A stretch of 64,000 nt of DNA from Minisyncoccota bacterium (GTDB taxonomy: Bacteria; Patescibacteriota; Minisyncoccia; UBA6257; 2-01-FULL-56-20). This document shows, one piece after another, positions 52,875 to 62,120 of this stretch (positions are counted from its first letter, which is position 1; every line of letters starts with the position of its first letter). The notes beneath the pieces are model-generated. The model saw nothing but the letters and a program-made list of their open reading frames with translations. It did no database searches and had not been told where the DNA came from. Where the stretch lies: contig JANWIW010000027.1 of assembly GCA_025449695.1 (NCBI GenBank), positions 283 through 64,282 on the forward strand, given 5' to 3'. Made by a program: the position numbers and the translations under genes.

Positions 52875-53123
52875 GTGTTTTACGTTTACATCTTAAAATG
52901 TGCAGATGGCCACCTTTATACTGGATGTACGGAAAATCTAAAGGAACGCTTATCCCGACATCGGGCCGGCCACGTTCCGGCCACAGCTTCACGCCTGCCT
53001 GTTGAATTAATCTGCTATGTTGCTTTTCATGATAAATATATAGCATTCGCATTCGAGAAATATTTAAAATTTGGTTCAGGGAGAGCATTCTTAAAGAAAC
53101 ATCTAACTATAGGAAGCGCATAG
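52875..53123 (+). CDS. Small GIY-YIG nuclease-family protein
   Basis: YVYILKC..LYTGCTENLKERL..H and A...EKYLK.GSGRAFL; AT-rich. Confidence 0.88.
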   Translation: MFYVYILKCADGHLYTGCTENLKERLSRHRAGHVPATASRLPVELICYVAFHDKYIAFAFEKYLKFGSGRAFLKKHLTIGSA

Positions 53124-53247
53124 TGCCTGCCTGCAGGACACGGCCATGCCACCCGCTCCGCTGTCAAGCACCGTGACATTTGAAAAACCAACCGCCAAAC
53201 CTGTTTTCTTCGAGATGTTGCCAAGGTGCTGATACACTGCGTTGTAG

Positions 53248-53345
53248 TTGATCGATATGGAAATTTTATGTTTAGATAACTCATCGATCTTTGAAAAGCT
53301 TGTGACACCAGAAAAGGCTTGTCAGACCTTTTCTGGCGTCACAAG
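53248..53345 (+). promoter_or_regulatory. Promoter + boxA-like GATCTTTGAAAA + 19-bp leader hairpin
   Basis: 53265-53296 is 29/32 identical to 57470-57501; stem at 53299-53345. Confidence 0.75.
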
Positions 53346-53384
53346 ACAAAGCCAGCAAATCTAACGCGAAAAGGAGAACGACAA

Positions 53385-53750
53385 GTGCAACAGATTCTCG
53401 TCATCACCCACAACGGCCTCCCGCCGAGCCAGGGAGGCAAGCGCCTCGGTTACGTCTGCGGCGACCTCGCCTTCATGTTCGGTGGTCCACCGCAAGGCAT
53501 CTCCCTCTCACGCCTCCGCATGATTCGAGAAGAGGAAGAGAAGAAAGCCGTGCCCGTACCCCCGTCATCCTCGCCGCCAGTCACGATGGTGGTCTACAAC
53601 ACGTTGAAGGAGGCGCAGTATTCGGACGGCGAGTGCCCGCACTGCGGCAAGTACCCGAACCCGACGGTGGACCTTCTCACCACGACGGGTATGCGACGGG
53701 TCGTTCAATGCACGAAATGCAACGAGTTCGCCCGTCCGTACGGGACCTAA
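53385..53750 (+). CDS. Orphan protein with a C-terminal zinc ribbon
   Basis: CPHC and CTKC motifs; SD AAGGAG before GTG; hairpin after the stop. Confidence 0.7.
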   Translation: MQQILVITHNGLPPSQGGKRLGYVCGDLAFMFGGPPQGISLSRLRMIREEEEKKAVPVPPSSSPPVTMVVYNTLKEAQYSDGECPHCGKYPNPTVDLLTTTGMRRVVQCTKCNEFARPYGT

Positions 53751-53843
53751 CAACTCATCACGGCTCCGTCAGGAGGCTTCGGCCCCTCACGGAGCCGAAG
53801 TCTTTTAATGATCAGGCAAAAGAAAGTCGCAAAACCTAGCTGC

Positions 53844-53861
53844 AGGTTCGAACGTCCTCCA
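53844..53861 (+). repeat. att-like direct repeat, copy 1
   Basis: aggttcgaacgtcctcca, identical to 56182-56199. Confidence 0.8.
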
Positions 53862-53920
53862 ATAACCCCTGCGTCGTATCGCATTTGCATAGGACGGAGC
53901 TTGTTCTACAATAGTTGCAT

Positions 53921-54244
53921 ATGGCCGAGCCGCAGGTGGTTCACCGGGTCTTAAAAGGAAGGATGTTTTTAAGTATCTTCTGGGGCGTCCTTATAGTGCC
54001 GTCGTTATTCTTTTTCGTAATGTCCCTGTTCGCGTTCGATGGGAATGGCGCTGGGCAAAGCCCGCTCGTGTGGACGGCCTTCCTGACCTCCTTCACCCTG
54101 CCGCTCGTTCTTCTCATTTGTTGTGTCGGCGGGATCATAGTCTCGCGTGGTGTCCGCACGAAAAGTAAGGATCGCGTGGCGACTATTTTCAGTATCGTCC
54201 CTGTAATCGCGCTCCTCGGGGCCGCACTGATCTTCGTCATATGA
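53921..54244 (+). CDS. Small 3-TM membrane protein
   Basis: Hydrophobic; ATGA-coupled to the downstream hydrolase. Confidence 0.75.
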   Translation: MAEPQVVHRVLKGRMFLSIFWGVLIVPSLFFFVMSLFAFDGNGAGQSPLVWTAFLTSFTLPLVLLICCVGGIIVSRGVRTKSKDRVATIFSIVPVIALLGAALIFVI

Positions 54245-56031
54245 AAAAGATGCTCTTGATCCAGAAAGTGATGATGGCCGCCGCCGCGCTCGGCGTGCTC
54301 TTGAGTCCTCTCACCACCTTCGCCCTGGTCAAGAACGTCGCGAACAGTCCCGCGGGTACCTACGGCGTCGTGGACAAGCGCGAGTACCCGATCATCTTCG
54401 TCCACGGCGCGGCGGGATCGGAATTGGACAGGGGTGGCACCAATCTTTGGCCGGGATACATCGGCGGCATTATCAACGATTCGGGAGCGGCGCAAATGGC
54501 GCTGAACTCCGACGGCAAGACGGATTGCTGCGGCAAGGTCACGGCGACCAAGGTCCTCCGGTACGGGGCGGGTTATGACATAGGCAGTTCCTGGATCAAC
54601 CCTCAGTTCGCGCCCGTGTACCAGGGCTTCTACGACTACATGACGGGGCAGGGTTTCGCGTACGAGAACCCCGGCGAGGATGGCAAGGTGTTCTACGATT
54701 TCGTCTACGACTGGCGCAAGGACAACCGCGCCTGGACGCCGGAGCTAGACCGCAAGGTCAACCAGGTTCTCAAGGAAACGAAAGCCGATAAAGTCATACT
54801 GGCCGGCCACTCCATGGGCGGCATCCAAGTCCGCCTCTATATGAACAACCCGGCGTACGCGAAGAAGGTCGCCGCCGTCATTTTCCTCGCGACGCCCCAT
54901 CATGGTGCTCCCCAGGTGCTCTGGGCCTACACCTACGGGTACAACTTCGGCAACTCCAAGGTGGGGGACACGCGCATGTGGGAAGTCATGAAGAACTGGC
55001 CTGCAGGCTACCAGTTGCTGCCGGATTACCCTTCGGTCCAGGACGACGAGACGGGTAAGTTCTGGACGATGGACCAGCTTCTGGCCGGACAATTCTACAG
55101 CCAACAGGAATACCAGCACACGCTCGATAGCGCGACGGGCAGGGGAGCGACCTATCTGCCGCACGCCGGCCTGCCCAACGCGACGTTCGCGAGGGATGCG
55201 CTCGCCTTCCACCAGAACGTGTTGGGCGATTCGGTGAAACAGTACCCAGGGGTCAAGTATTACATGGTCGCCGGCACGGGACAGGACACCGTCCAGTACT
55301 TCACCGGCAAGCTTGTGTCGCGGCCGGGGTTCACGTTGCCGATCCTGGAGCTGACCAAAGTGAAGAGCAAGAACGGCGACGGCACTGTGCCGACGGCCGG
55401 CGCGAAGATAAACGGCGTTGACGAATTCGTCACCGTCGTCGGCGAGCACGGTGCTATACCGTCCACGCCCGCCGCGCAAGTCCTCGTCACCAAGTTCAGG
55501 AAGACTACCAACGACGAAGACTTCCGTAAGAGCCTGGATACGGCGTTTGCGCGGTACGCGACGCAGAAACTGCCGGAGGCCGCGCGCATGAGAAACGCGG
55601 GCCTTAACCGGAAGGAAGGTTCGGACAGCAAGGATGACAACCTTGCTATGAGCATCCTCAGACTGCTTTTCTTCCCCATTCCCAATGAAGAGAAGATCAA
55701 GGAGCGCGACGCCATGCAGCGCGACGCGGCGCGCATCTTCGAGAATCAAAACGTGAATGTAGAAATAACCGCGAGCGGGGATAAAAGCGACGACACGCTC
55801 CACGCGGTCATCAGAAACTTCGAATTGGCCGCTCATGGTAACGGCGTGGTATCGCCCGCGCAGACCACGATCCACGTGCCGAGCTACGAGATATTCGACG
55901 CCATCGTGAGCGGGAAGCTGGATGGCTGGGAGGCCTACAAGAACGGCACTGTCACGATTACCGGGAACGGCCTCATTAACGGGTTGAGGATGCGGTTCGT
56001 GTCTTGGCTCTCGAAGTTCGCGGGCATGTAG
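54241..56031 (+). CDS. Secreted alpha/beta-hydrolase (LCAT/PGAP1-like) with a possible C-terminal SCP2-like domain
   Basis: Signal peptide, PIIFVHG, YDWR, GHSMGG, TPHHGAP and GDGTVP motifs; GKLDGWEAYKNG.VTITGN tail. Confidence 0.85.
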   Translation: MKKMLLIQKVMMAAAALGVLLSPLTTFALVKNVANSPAGTYGVVDKREYPIIFVHGAAGSELDRGGTNLWPGYIGGIINDSGAAQMALNSDGKTDCCGKVTATKVLRYGAGYDIGSSWINPQFAPVYQGFYDYMTGQGFAYENPGEDGKVFYDFVYDWRKDNRAWTPELDRKVNQVLKETKADKVILAGHSMGGIQVRLYMNNPAYAKKVAAVIFLATPHHGAPQVLWAYTYGYNFGNSKVGDTRMWEVMKNWPAGYQLLPDYPSVQDDETGKFWTMDQLLAGQFYSQQEYQHTLDSATGRGATYLPHAGLPNATFARDALAFHQNVLGDSVKQYPGVKYYMVAGTGQDTVQYFTGKLVSRPGFTLPILELTKVKSKNGDGTVPTAGAKINGVDEFVTVVGEHGAIPSTPAAQVLVTKFRKTTNDEDFRKSLDTAFARYATQKLPEAARMRNAGLNRKEGSDSKDDNLAMSILRLLFFPIPNEEKIKERDAMQRDAARIFENQNVNVEITASGDKSDDTLHAVIRNFELAAHGNGVVSPAQTTIHVPSYEIFDAIVSGKLDGWEAYKNGTVTITGNGLINGLRMRFVSWLSKFAGM

Positions 56032-56181
56032 TCCCGGCGTAGTTCGGGTTGCCGCCCGAACCGACCGCAGCCGGGGCAGCGACCAGAAGCCGTACTGGCC
56101 GGAAAGCGACCTCGCATCGAACGAGCGGCAAGCAGGTCGGGGCGAGAAGTACTCCGTGGTCTTCCAGGACCAGAAGGTAAG

Positions 56182-56199
56182 AGGTTCGAACGTCCTCCA
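56182..56199 (+). repeat. att-like direct repeat, copy 2
   Basis: aggttcgaacgtcctcca. Confidence 0.8.
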
Positions 56200-56230
56200 G
56201 GAGCCCTCGCGTGACAACTTTTTACCGGCG

Positions 56231-56434
56231 TTATTTTTCGTATTCTAAAATGTCCCCGGGCTGGCATTCTAAAGCTTTGCAGATAGCTTCCAAAGTTGAG
56301 AGGCGAATTGCTTTTGCCTTTCCGTTTTTCAACACGGAGATATTGGCTATCGTGATGCCGACCCTCCCAGCAAGCTCGGTAACGCTCATTTTTCGCTTCG
56401 CCAACATGACGTCGATGTTGATGATGATTGCCAT
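56231..56434 (-). CDS. XRE/Cro HTH regulator (YozG-like)
   Basis: DVMLAKRKMSVTELA..LKNGKAKAIR..CQPGDILEY. Confidence 0.93.
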   Translation of the reverse strand: MAIIINIDVMLAKRKMSVTELAGRVGITIANISVLKNGKAKAIRLSTLEAICKALECQPGDILEYEK

Positions 56435-56444
56435 GTTGGTCTCC

Positions 56445-56927
56445 TTATACCGTTAAATCGTTCTCGGATTTTATATCCACGGCGTTTTGCAAAATCCGTT
56501 CAAACACGGCCGCCGCTGTGCCGATAACAATAGAGGCGAAGATAGCTACGAGACCCATCATTACACCTCCCGCAATGTCGTCCTTGCCTCTGATAGCTAT
56601 GAATAGATAAGCTTCTGCCCCCACGATAAAACCCGCGGTAGCTAGTGCGCAATATTTTATAGTCCGTAAAGCGTTCACGGCCGCTTGCGAGAATACCTCG
56701 TTTTGTCCGGTATATTCCAACACCCTGAATGCCTGATAGAGCGCAACGAAAAACGGAATAGACGCTATATACATATACGCCAGAAACGGATCTTTGAAGT
56801 AGATTGCGAAGAGCGTGGCGTGCGCATTCCTGCCTTCGAGGCGGGGCTCCCAAAGCATGAGGCCAATAACGCCGATGCTTAGAGCCACAATGACTACCTG
56901 AAGAAATATCGTTGAGCTTTTTTTCAT
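56445..56927 (-). CDS. DUF2975-family membrane protein
   Basis: AVDIKSENDLTV C-terminus; usual partner of the adjacent HTH gene; AT-rich. Confidence 0.88.
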   Translation of the reverse strand: MKKSSTIFLQVVIVALSIGVIGLMLWEPRLEGRNAHATLFAIYFKDPFLAYMYIASIPFFVALYQAFRVLEYTGQNEVFSQAAVNALRTIKYCALATAGFIVGAEAYLFIAIRGKDDIAGGVMMGLVAIFASIVIGTAAAVFERILQNAVDIKSENDLTV

Positions 56928-57134
56928 AGGTGGTTCTTACAGATTCTTATAGTTTCAAGCTTAATTTAGTGGTTATCGTTTGTCAATATATATTTATCGT
57001 TACTAGCTACTCTCAATAATTGTCATCTTTTGTCCCTCATAGTTCAGCCTGCCTCAGTATCGGGCTTGACCCGAATGCTTATGATGGCAGAGGCGATCCG
57101 AGTATGTGTCTTGATATGCTAAGATCAAAATATT

Positions 57135-57332
57135 ATGAGGATTCATCCAATTGTCCGCATCTTGGCAGGTATAGCTTTACTCGTCCTTATTTTTGTGGGC
57201 TTTGTAGCATGGCGCATGGGACTTCCGTCATTCCAGGGAACAGGAGGCGTGTTTGGTGCTTTAGCTGGGCTAGTGGGCGGTGTGATAGTCGTCTACATAC
57301 TGAATTGGTTTTGGAAAAACTATCGAAAATAG
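57135..57332 (+). CDS. Small 2-TM membrane protein
   Basis: Two hydrophobic helices; AT-rich. Confidence 0.55.
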   Translation: MRIHPIVRILAGIALLVLIFVGFVAWRMGLPSFQGTGGVFGALAGLVGGVIVVYILNWFWKNYRK

Positions 57333-57452
57333 CTTGCGACCCACAAGGCTATTGTGCGAACTTTGCTGAGCCTAGAAAAATCCTGCTTTACCCTGTATCG
57401 ACTGGGGACTTAACTCACGTGGCCCGCTGGTGTAGAACGGCCTCGAACCTGT

Positions 57453-57565
57453 TTGACGAATCTGGATTATTTATGTTTAGATAATTCACCGATCATTGAA
57501 ATGAATTTATACGGAACTTGACCTGGAAGCCTAAGCGCAAAGACCGTTTAGGCTTCCAGGTCAGG
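57453..57565 (+). promoter_or_regulatory. Promoter + boxA-like GATCATTGAAA + 19-bp leader hairpin
   Basis: TTGACG; stem at 57517-57565 with two G-U pairs. Confidence 0.75.
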
Positions 57566-57673
57566 AAAGACTACGTAAAGGAGGTTGGAACGATCGTGGA
57601 GCTTGAGACTGCGAGCGACGTGCATGTCGCTGGCTTGTGGTTGTTACCTTTGAACTGAGACGGAGGTTCTCCT

Positions 57674-59080
57674 ATGTTCAACGCTAAACTCGCCCTCATG
57701 GATTCCAGGGATCTCTGGCGAGAAAAATTACTCGCCCCTCTCATTGAGTTCGGGCGTATCCCGGGCATCTCGCCCGGCTATGCCCCGACCTGGGCCGCCG
57801 ACGGGCACATCCAGCGCACCGCCGAATTCATGGCGTCGTGGTGCAGGACGTTGCCCATCCGTGGACTCAAGGTGAAGATCATGCGCTCCGGCAAGAGGAC
57901 GCCGATGCTTCTCGTCACCGTCCGCGGCAAGGTGCGCGGCACAGTGGTCGGGTACGCACACGGCGACAAACAGCCGGTGCTCGAAGCCTGGCGCCGCGGT
58001 CTCGATCCGTGGACGCCTCTGCGGAGGGGCAGGAAGCTCTTCGGCCGGGGCCTGGCCGACGACGGCTACGGACTCTTCGCGCTCATGGGCGCGCTCATGA
58101 TCCTTCAGCAACAGGAGGTTGACCACCGTACCTGCGTCTGCATCATCGAGTTCTCCGAGGAATCGGGGAGCGTCGACCTGCCGGCGTATCTCAAGAAGCT
58201 GCGGCGCCAGCTCGCCAACCCGTCGCTCATCGTCTGTCTCGATTCCGGAGCAGGCGACTATGGTCATCTGTGGCTGACCGGCTCCCTGCGCGGCGTCGGC
58301 AACGGCTTCCTGGAAGTCAAAACGATGCTGACCGGCAAGCACTCTGGTGAAGGTACAAACATCGTGGCCGACACGTCGCGCATCACCCGCCACCTGCTTG
58401 ACCGCATCGAGGACTCCGCGACCGGCCGGATCATCATTCCCGGCGTCGACGTGGAGATTCCCGAGGACCGCATGGCGGAGCTCAGGGCGGCCGCGGAGGC
58501 CATGGGTGACAATGTGTGGAAGGATATGCCTCTCCTCCCCGGCGTGCGGCCGATGAGCGATGACCCGCTCGAGCTGCTTCTGAACCGCACCTGGCGCGCG
58601 GGCCTCACGCAGACCGGCATTGCCGGCATCCCCGGCCTTGACGGAGGCAACGTGCTCCGGCCGAGCACCACCACCAAGCTCTCTATGCGGTTCGCGCCGA
58701 CGGCCGACGCCCACGCCCTCATGGCGAGGATGAAAGAGATTCTCGAAGCGGATCCGCCGTACGGCGCGCAGGTCACCTTCACGCTGAGCCAGGTCGTCCA
58801 GGGCTGGACCGCCCCCGAGATGCCGGCATGGCTTGCGGCGAGCGCAGCCGAATCTTCCCAGGCCTTCTTCGGACGGCTGGTCAAGATCCTCGGCGAGGGC
58901 GGCTCGATCCCGTTCATGAAGATGATGAGCGACTACTTTCCCGGCTCGCCGCTCTTCATTACCGGTCTGCTCGGACCCGGAGCCAACGCTCACGCGCCGA
59001 ACGAGTCGCTCGACCTGCCGACGGTCGTGAAGCTCACGGCCACGATCGCCAAGCTGCTCGCGGACGACGCGCGCCGCTGA
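57674..59080 (+). CDS. M20-family metallopeptidase
   Basis: YAHGDKQP, GRGLADDGYG, EESGS, HSG, GGSIPF and NAHAPNE motifs; SD GGAGG. Confidence 0.93.
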   Translation: MFNAKLALMDSRDLWREKLLAPLIEFGRIPGISPGYAPTWAADGHIQRTAEFMASWCRTLPIRGLKVKIMRSGKRTPMLLVTVRGKVRGTVVGYAHGDKQPVLEAWRRGLDPWTPLRRGRKLFGRGLADDGYGLFALMGALMILQQQEVDHRTCVCIIEFSEESGSVDLPAYLKKLRRQLANPSLIVCLDSGAGDYGHLWLTGSLRGVGNGFLEVKTMLTGKHSGEGTNIVADTSRITRHLLDRIEDSATGRIIIPGVDVEIPEDRMAELRAAAEAMGDNVWKDMPLLPGVRPMSDDPLELLLNRTWRAGLTQTGIAGIPGLDGGNVLRPSTTTKLSMRFAPTADAHALMARMKEILEADPPYGAQVTFTLSQVVQGWTAPEMPAWLAASAAESSQAFFGRLVKILGEGGSIPFMKMMSDYFPGSPLFITGLLGPGANAHAPNESLDLPTVVKLTATIAKLLADDARR

Positions 59081-59213
59081 TCTACCTTCGTACGCAGTCT
59101 TTTCGGGAAGCAATCATGTCCCGGCGGATGGCAGCCCGAACTGCCATCCGCCACTTACAAACACCTTCGCAATGGTGTTTTGTCGTTTTATGGCAGCGAA
59201 TTGCTTCTCTAGC

Positions 59214-59241
59214 GGTTCGAACATGTTCCAGGAACCCCGCG
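59214..59241 (+). repeat. att-like repeat, copy 3 (diverged)
   Basis: ggttcgaacatgttccaggaacccc versus ggttcgaacgtcctccaggagccct. Confidence 0.6.
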
Positions 59242-59279
59242 GCGAAAACCTGTCGAGCGCGATAGGGTATACTCAAAAA

Positions 59280-59939
59280 ATGACCGTACCGGCAGCAGTG
59301 ACCGCACAGTCACTATACGACCGTTTTTCGGTGCCTCCGAACCTCCAGGAGCATATGCTGCGGGTCGCCGCCGTGGCCGAGATTATTGCCGGACGGTGCG
59401 CGGGGGTGACGGTAGACTTTTCCAGCCTCATGTCCGCCTGCCTCCTCCATGACCTTGGGAATATCGTCAAATTCGAGATCGACAAGTACCCTCACTATCT
59501 GGGCGCGGAAGTGGTTCGCCGCGATTATTGGGAAGGCGTCCAGCGCGATATGATCGAACGGTACGGGACGGATGATCACGCGGTTACCGCCGTGATGCTC
59601 GAAGAAGCGGGCATCCCCGTCGTCGTGAGGCGGTTGATAGACTCAAAGAGCTTTCCCCATGCCATAGAGATAGCCGATGGAACGGACTGGACCCGCAAGA
59701 TCTTCCTCTATTCCGATCTGCGCGTTGCGCCGCTCGGCATCGTCTCCTTGGATGAGCGCCTGGACGAGGCGCTGGCCCGGTTGGAGAAATACCGGGGACG
59801 CGCCGATTTGGCGGATGCGGCCCGGCGTATCGAAAGCCAACTCGCCTCGGTTTCTTCTCCGCTCCTCACCGATGCCGATTCAGGGGTCATCGATAGCCGT
59901 ATCCCGGAGCTACGCAAGTTTCCTCTCCCCGGCGGTTAA
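59280..59939 (+). CDS. HD-domain protein
   Basis: HMLRVA, LLHDLG and YSDLRV motifs. Confidence 0.88.
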   Translation: MTVPAAVTAQSLYDRFSVPPNLQEHMLRVAAVAEIIAGRCAGVTVDFSSLMSACLLHDLGNIVKFEIDKYPHYLGAEVVRRDYWEGVQRDMIERYGTDDHAVTAVMLEEAGIPVVVRRLIDSKSFPHAIEIADGTDWTRKIFLYSDLRVAPLGIVSLDERLDEALARLEKYRGRADLADAARRIESQLASVSSPLLTDADSGVIDSRIPELRKFPLPGG

Positions 59940-59963
59940 ACCGCCGCGCTATACACTACGCGC

Positions 59964-60437
59964 ATGCAGCCGAATATCACTTTCTCGTCCACCACCAATA
60001 TGCTTCTCATGAGAGAAGGGAAGATACTTCTCTTAAAGAGGAGCGATGCCAAGACATTTTCCGGCCGGTATATGCTTCCGGGAGGGAAGCAACACGAGAA
60101 CGAAACCCTCGAGGAAGCCGCTATTCGGGAAACCTTCGAGGAGACCGGCCTCAAAGTATCCGATGCTTCTTTGAGGGTCGTCTCTACCAACTATCATGAA
60201 TACAAAGCGAGGGTATACCTCGTGCACATCTTTACGTCCTCGAAGTTCGCGGGGTCGCTCACCGGCTCCCGAGAAGGGACCTTGGAGTGGGTTGGTACAA
60301 AAGATGCCCTTGCCAATCCCATGCTCTATCCCGACCTCAAGCGGCACATTCAGTTTATTCTCGACCCCAAGTCTCCAAACCTCGCCTTCACTTATCACAA
60401 GTTCAACGAGGCGCTCGAAATCACGGAGTCTAGGTAA
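59964..60437 (+). CDS. NUDIX hydrolase (MutT-like)
   Basis: LPGGK..ETLEEAAIRETFEETGL. Confidence 0.92.
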   Translation: MQPNITFSSTTNMLLMREGKILLLKRSDAKTFSGRYMLPGGKQHENETLEEAAIRETFEETGLKVSDASLRVVSTNYHEYKARVYLVHIFTSSKFAGSLTGSREGTLEWVGTKDALANPMLYPDLKRHIQFILDPKSPNLAFTYHKFNEALEITESR

Positions 60438-61101
60438 ATTTTTCGGATTTCACGTTCGCTTCAAGAGCTCCCAGCTCCAGGACATTATCGACCATCTCAT
60501 CGATAAAGCCGTCCGGTCCGCAGATGTAGAAAAGAGCCTGTGGGTTCTTGGCCAGTGCGCCGACGGGATCTTTGAGGAAGCCCAGATCAATCCTCTCTTC
60601 GGTGGCGGTAAAGCGGGTGATCAAAATGTCCTTCAGGGCATCATAGTGCATGATGCGGGAGGCGTCCTTCGCGCTCATCACGAACGCGCAGGTGCCATGA
60701 GGATACTTGAAGCGATAAGCGCGATAGATAGACAGCAGGGGAGTGATGCCCGAACCGGCTCCGAGGAGCACGAGCGGCCCGGAAGCGTCGGCGTCCCAGA
60801 CGAAAGATTCGCCGAGCGGTCCGCGGATCTCGATCTCGCTGCCCTCCGCGAGGCCCCAAAGCTGGGGGGATAACACCCCGTTCCGGATCAGCTGGACCCC
60901 GAACTCCAGGCTGTCTCCCGGCTCGTACGGACTGGATGCGATGGAGTACTTCCGGGAGATGTCGCTTCCCGGCATGCGCAGTTCATAGTGCTGGCCGGCC
61001 CTGTAGGGGATGTAGGACTCGGGCTTCAGAACGAGAGACCTGATATCGAAAGAGGCGGGAGCGCTCTTCACGATCTTTGCTTTTTGCCAGGAAGGGTTCA
61101 T
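60430..61101 (-). CDS. FNR-like FAD/NAD(P)-binding oxidoreductase
   Basis: RKYSIAS, GVLS, GPLG, GSGITP and YICGP motifs. Confidence 0.92.
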   Translation of the reverse strand: MNPSWQKAKIVKSAPASFDIRSLVLKPESYIPYRAGQHYELRMPGSDISRKYSIASSPYEPGDSLEFGVQLIRNGVLSPQLWGLAEGSEIEIRGPLGESFVWDADASGPLVLLGAGSGITPLLSIYRAYRFKYPHGTCAFVMSAKDASRIMHYDALKDILITRFTATEERIDLGFLKDPVGALAKNPQALFYICGPDGFIDEMVDNVLELGALEANVKSEKFT

Positions 61102-61904
61102 AGCAGTTCAACCGGGTCGCCGACGGCAATGGTGCCCGGACCTTCATGGGCGAGGTTCTGGCCGAACATGATGCCTTTGGGCTTGGTGCGATAGGTGCCG
61201 AGCGTCTCCAGCGGTTCTATGCCTTTTTCGCCGGTCGCCTGGTCCACGGTCGTGATCTCGCAGCGGGAACAGGGTTTCGCGGCGCGAAGCACCACGTCGC
61301 CGATCTTTATCTTTTGCCATGCGTCTTCCTGATACGGCGTTCCTCCGGCGACGACTATGTTCGGCCGGAACCTGTTCATAGGGAGCTTCTCCGCCAATCT
61401 CGAATTGAGGTCTTCCAAAGACGCTTCCGAGATCAGCAAAAACGGGAAGCCGTCCGCGAAGCCGACTACCTCCTTCTTTTCGGACTGGTATTTCTCTTTG
61501 ACCGGCCGCTTGAAATCCGGGGCCATGCGGATGAGGCGGGCCTGCCTGCCCATAAAATCGGTAAGCCAGCTCTCTACGCTTTCACCCTGGTCTATGCCGA
61601 TACAAGGGCTTTCCCAGACCTCGGTTTGGATGCGTGTTCCTTCTATCAAGATCGGTACGTCGAGAGGCGATCTCCCTTCGGCCGCGAGCCGGACCCCTCC
61701 GGGAAAAAGAATTACGCTGACCAATGCCAGCTTGGGGTGTTGGCGCTGGGTAATGAAATTTCCTTCGCCGTCTACGATCATCCACTCCCGGTCATGCTCG
61801 AACCCCGTATCAACCACCCTGCCGGACGTGAGCGCGATGCCGGCGCACGATTTCACCGGATAGATGTTGACCTCGGAAACCCTCAAGTTATTCAATCCCT
61901 CCAT
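61098..61904 (-). CDS. MOSC-domain protein (YcbX/mARC-like)
   Basis: IYPVKSC, DREWM, FADGFPFL, RFRPNIV, KPCSRC and FGQN motifs. Confidence 0.93.
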   Translation of the reverse strand: MEGLNNLRVSEVNIYPVKSCAGIALTSGRVVDTGFEHDREWMIVDGEGNFITQRQHPKLALVSVILFPGGVRLAAEGRSPLDVPILIEGTRIQTEVWESPCIGIDQGESVESWLTDFMGRQARLIRMAPDFKRPVKEKYQSEKKEVVGFADGFPFLLISEASLEDLNSRLAEKLPMNRFRPNIVVAGGTPYQEDAWQKIKIGDVVLRAAKPCSRCEITTVDQATGEKGIEPLETLGTYRTKPKGIMFGQNLAHEGPGTIAVGDPVELL

Positions 61905-61996
61905 GGTCCTCATAATACCTCGTGAGGCAAAGGTTCGTAATCCCATCCGCATCCGATACAGTAAGACGGAGATAGCAAGCGAGGACAGTTTGGAAA

Positions 61997-62106
61997 TTGA
62001 CAAATTATCCTATTTTGTGTTTCATAGAGTATGATCTTTGATGCTTCAATACGTAAGTTGATTCGGGAACCTAAGTGCCCGCAAGGCCTTTAGGTTCCCG
62101 AATCAA
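61997..62106 (+). promoter_or_regulatory. Promoter + boxA-like TGATCTTTGA + 18-bp leader hairpin
   Basis: TTGACA; stem at 62058-62106 followed directly by SD GAGGAGG. Confidence 0.75.
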
Positions 62107-62120
62107 AAGAGGAGGACTTT

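Noticed and set aside
51324-62106. Leader hairpins as integron attC sites
   Set aside because: They lie upstream of ORFs, lack RYYYAAC/GTTRRRY ends, and no integron integrase is present.
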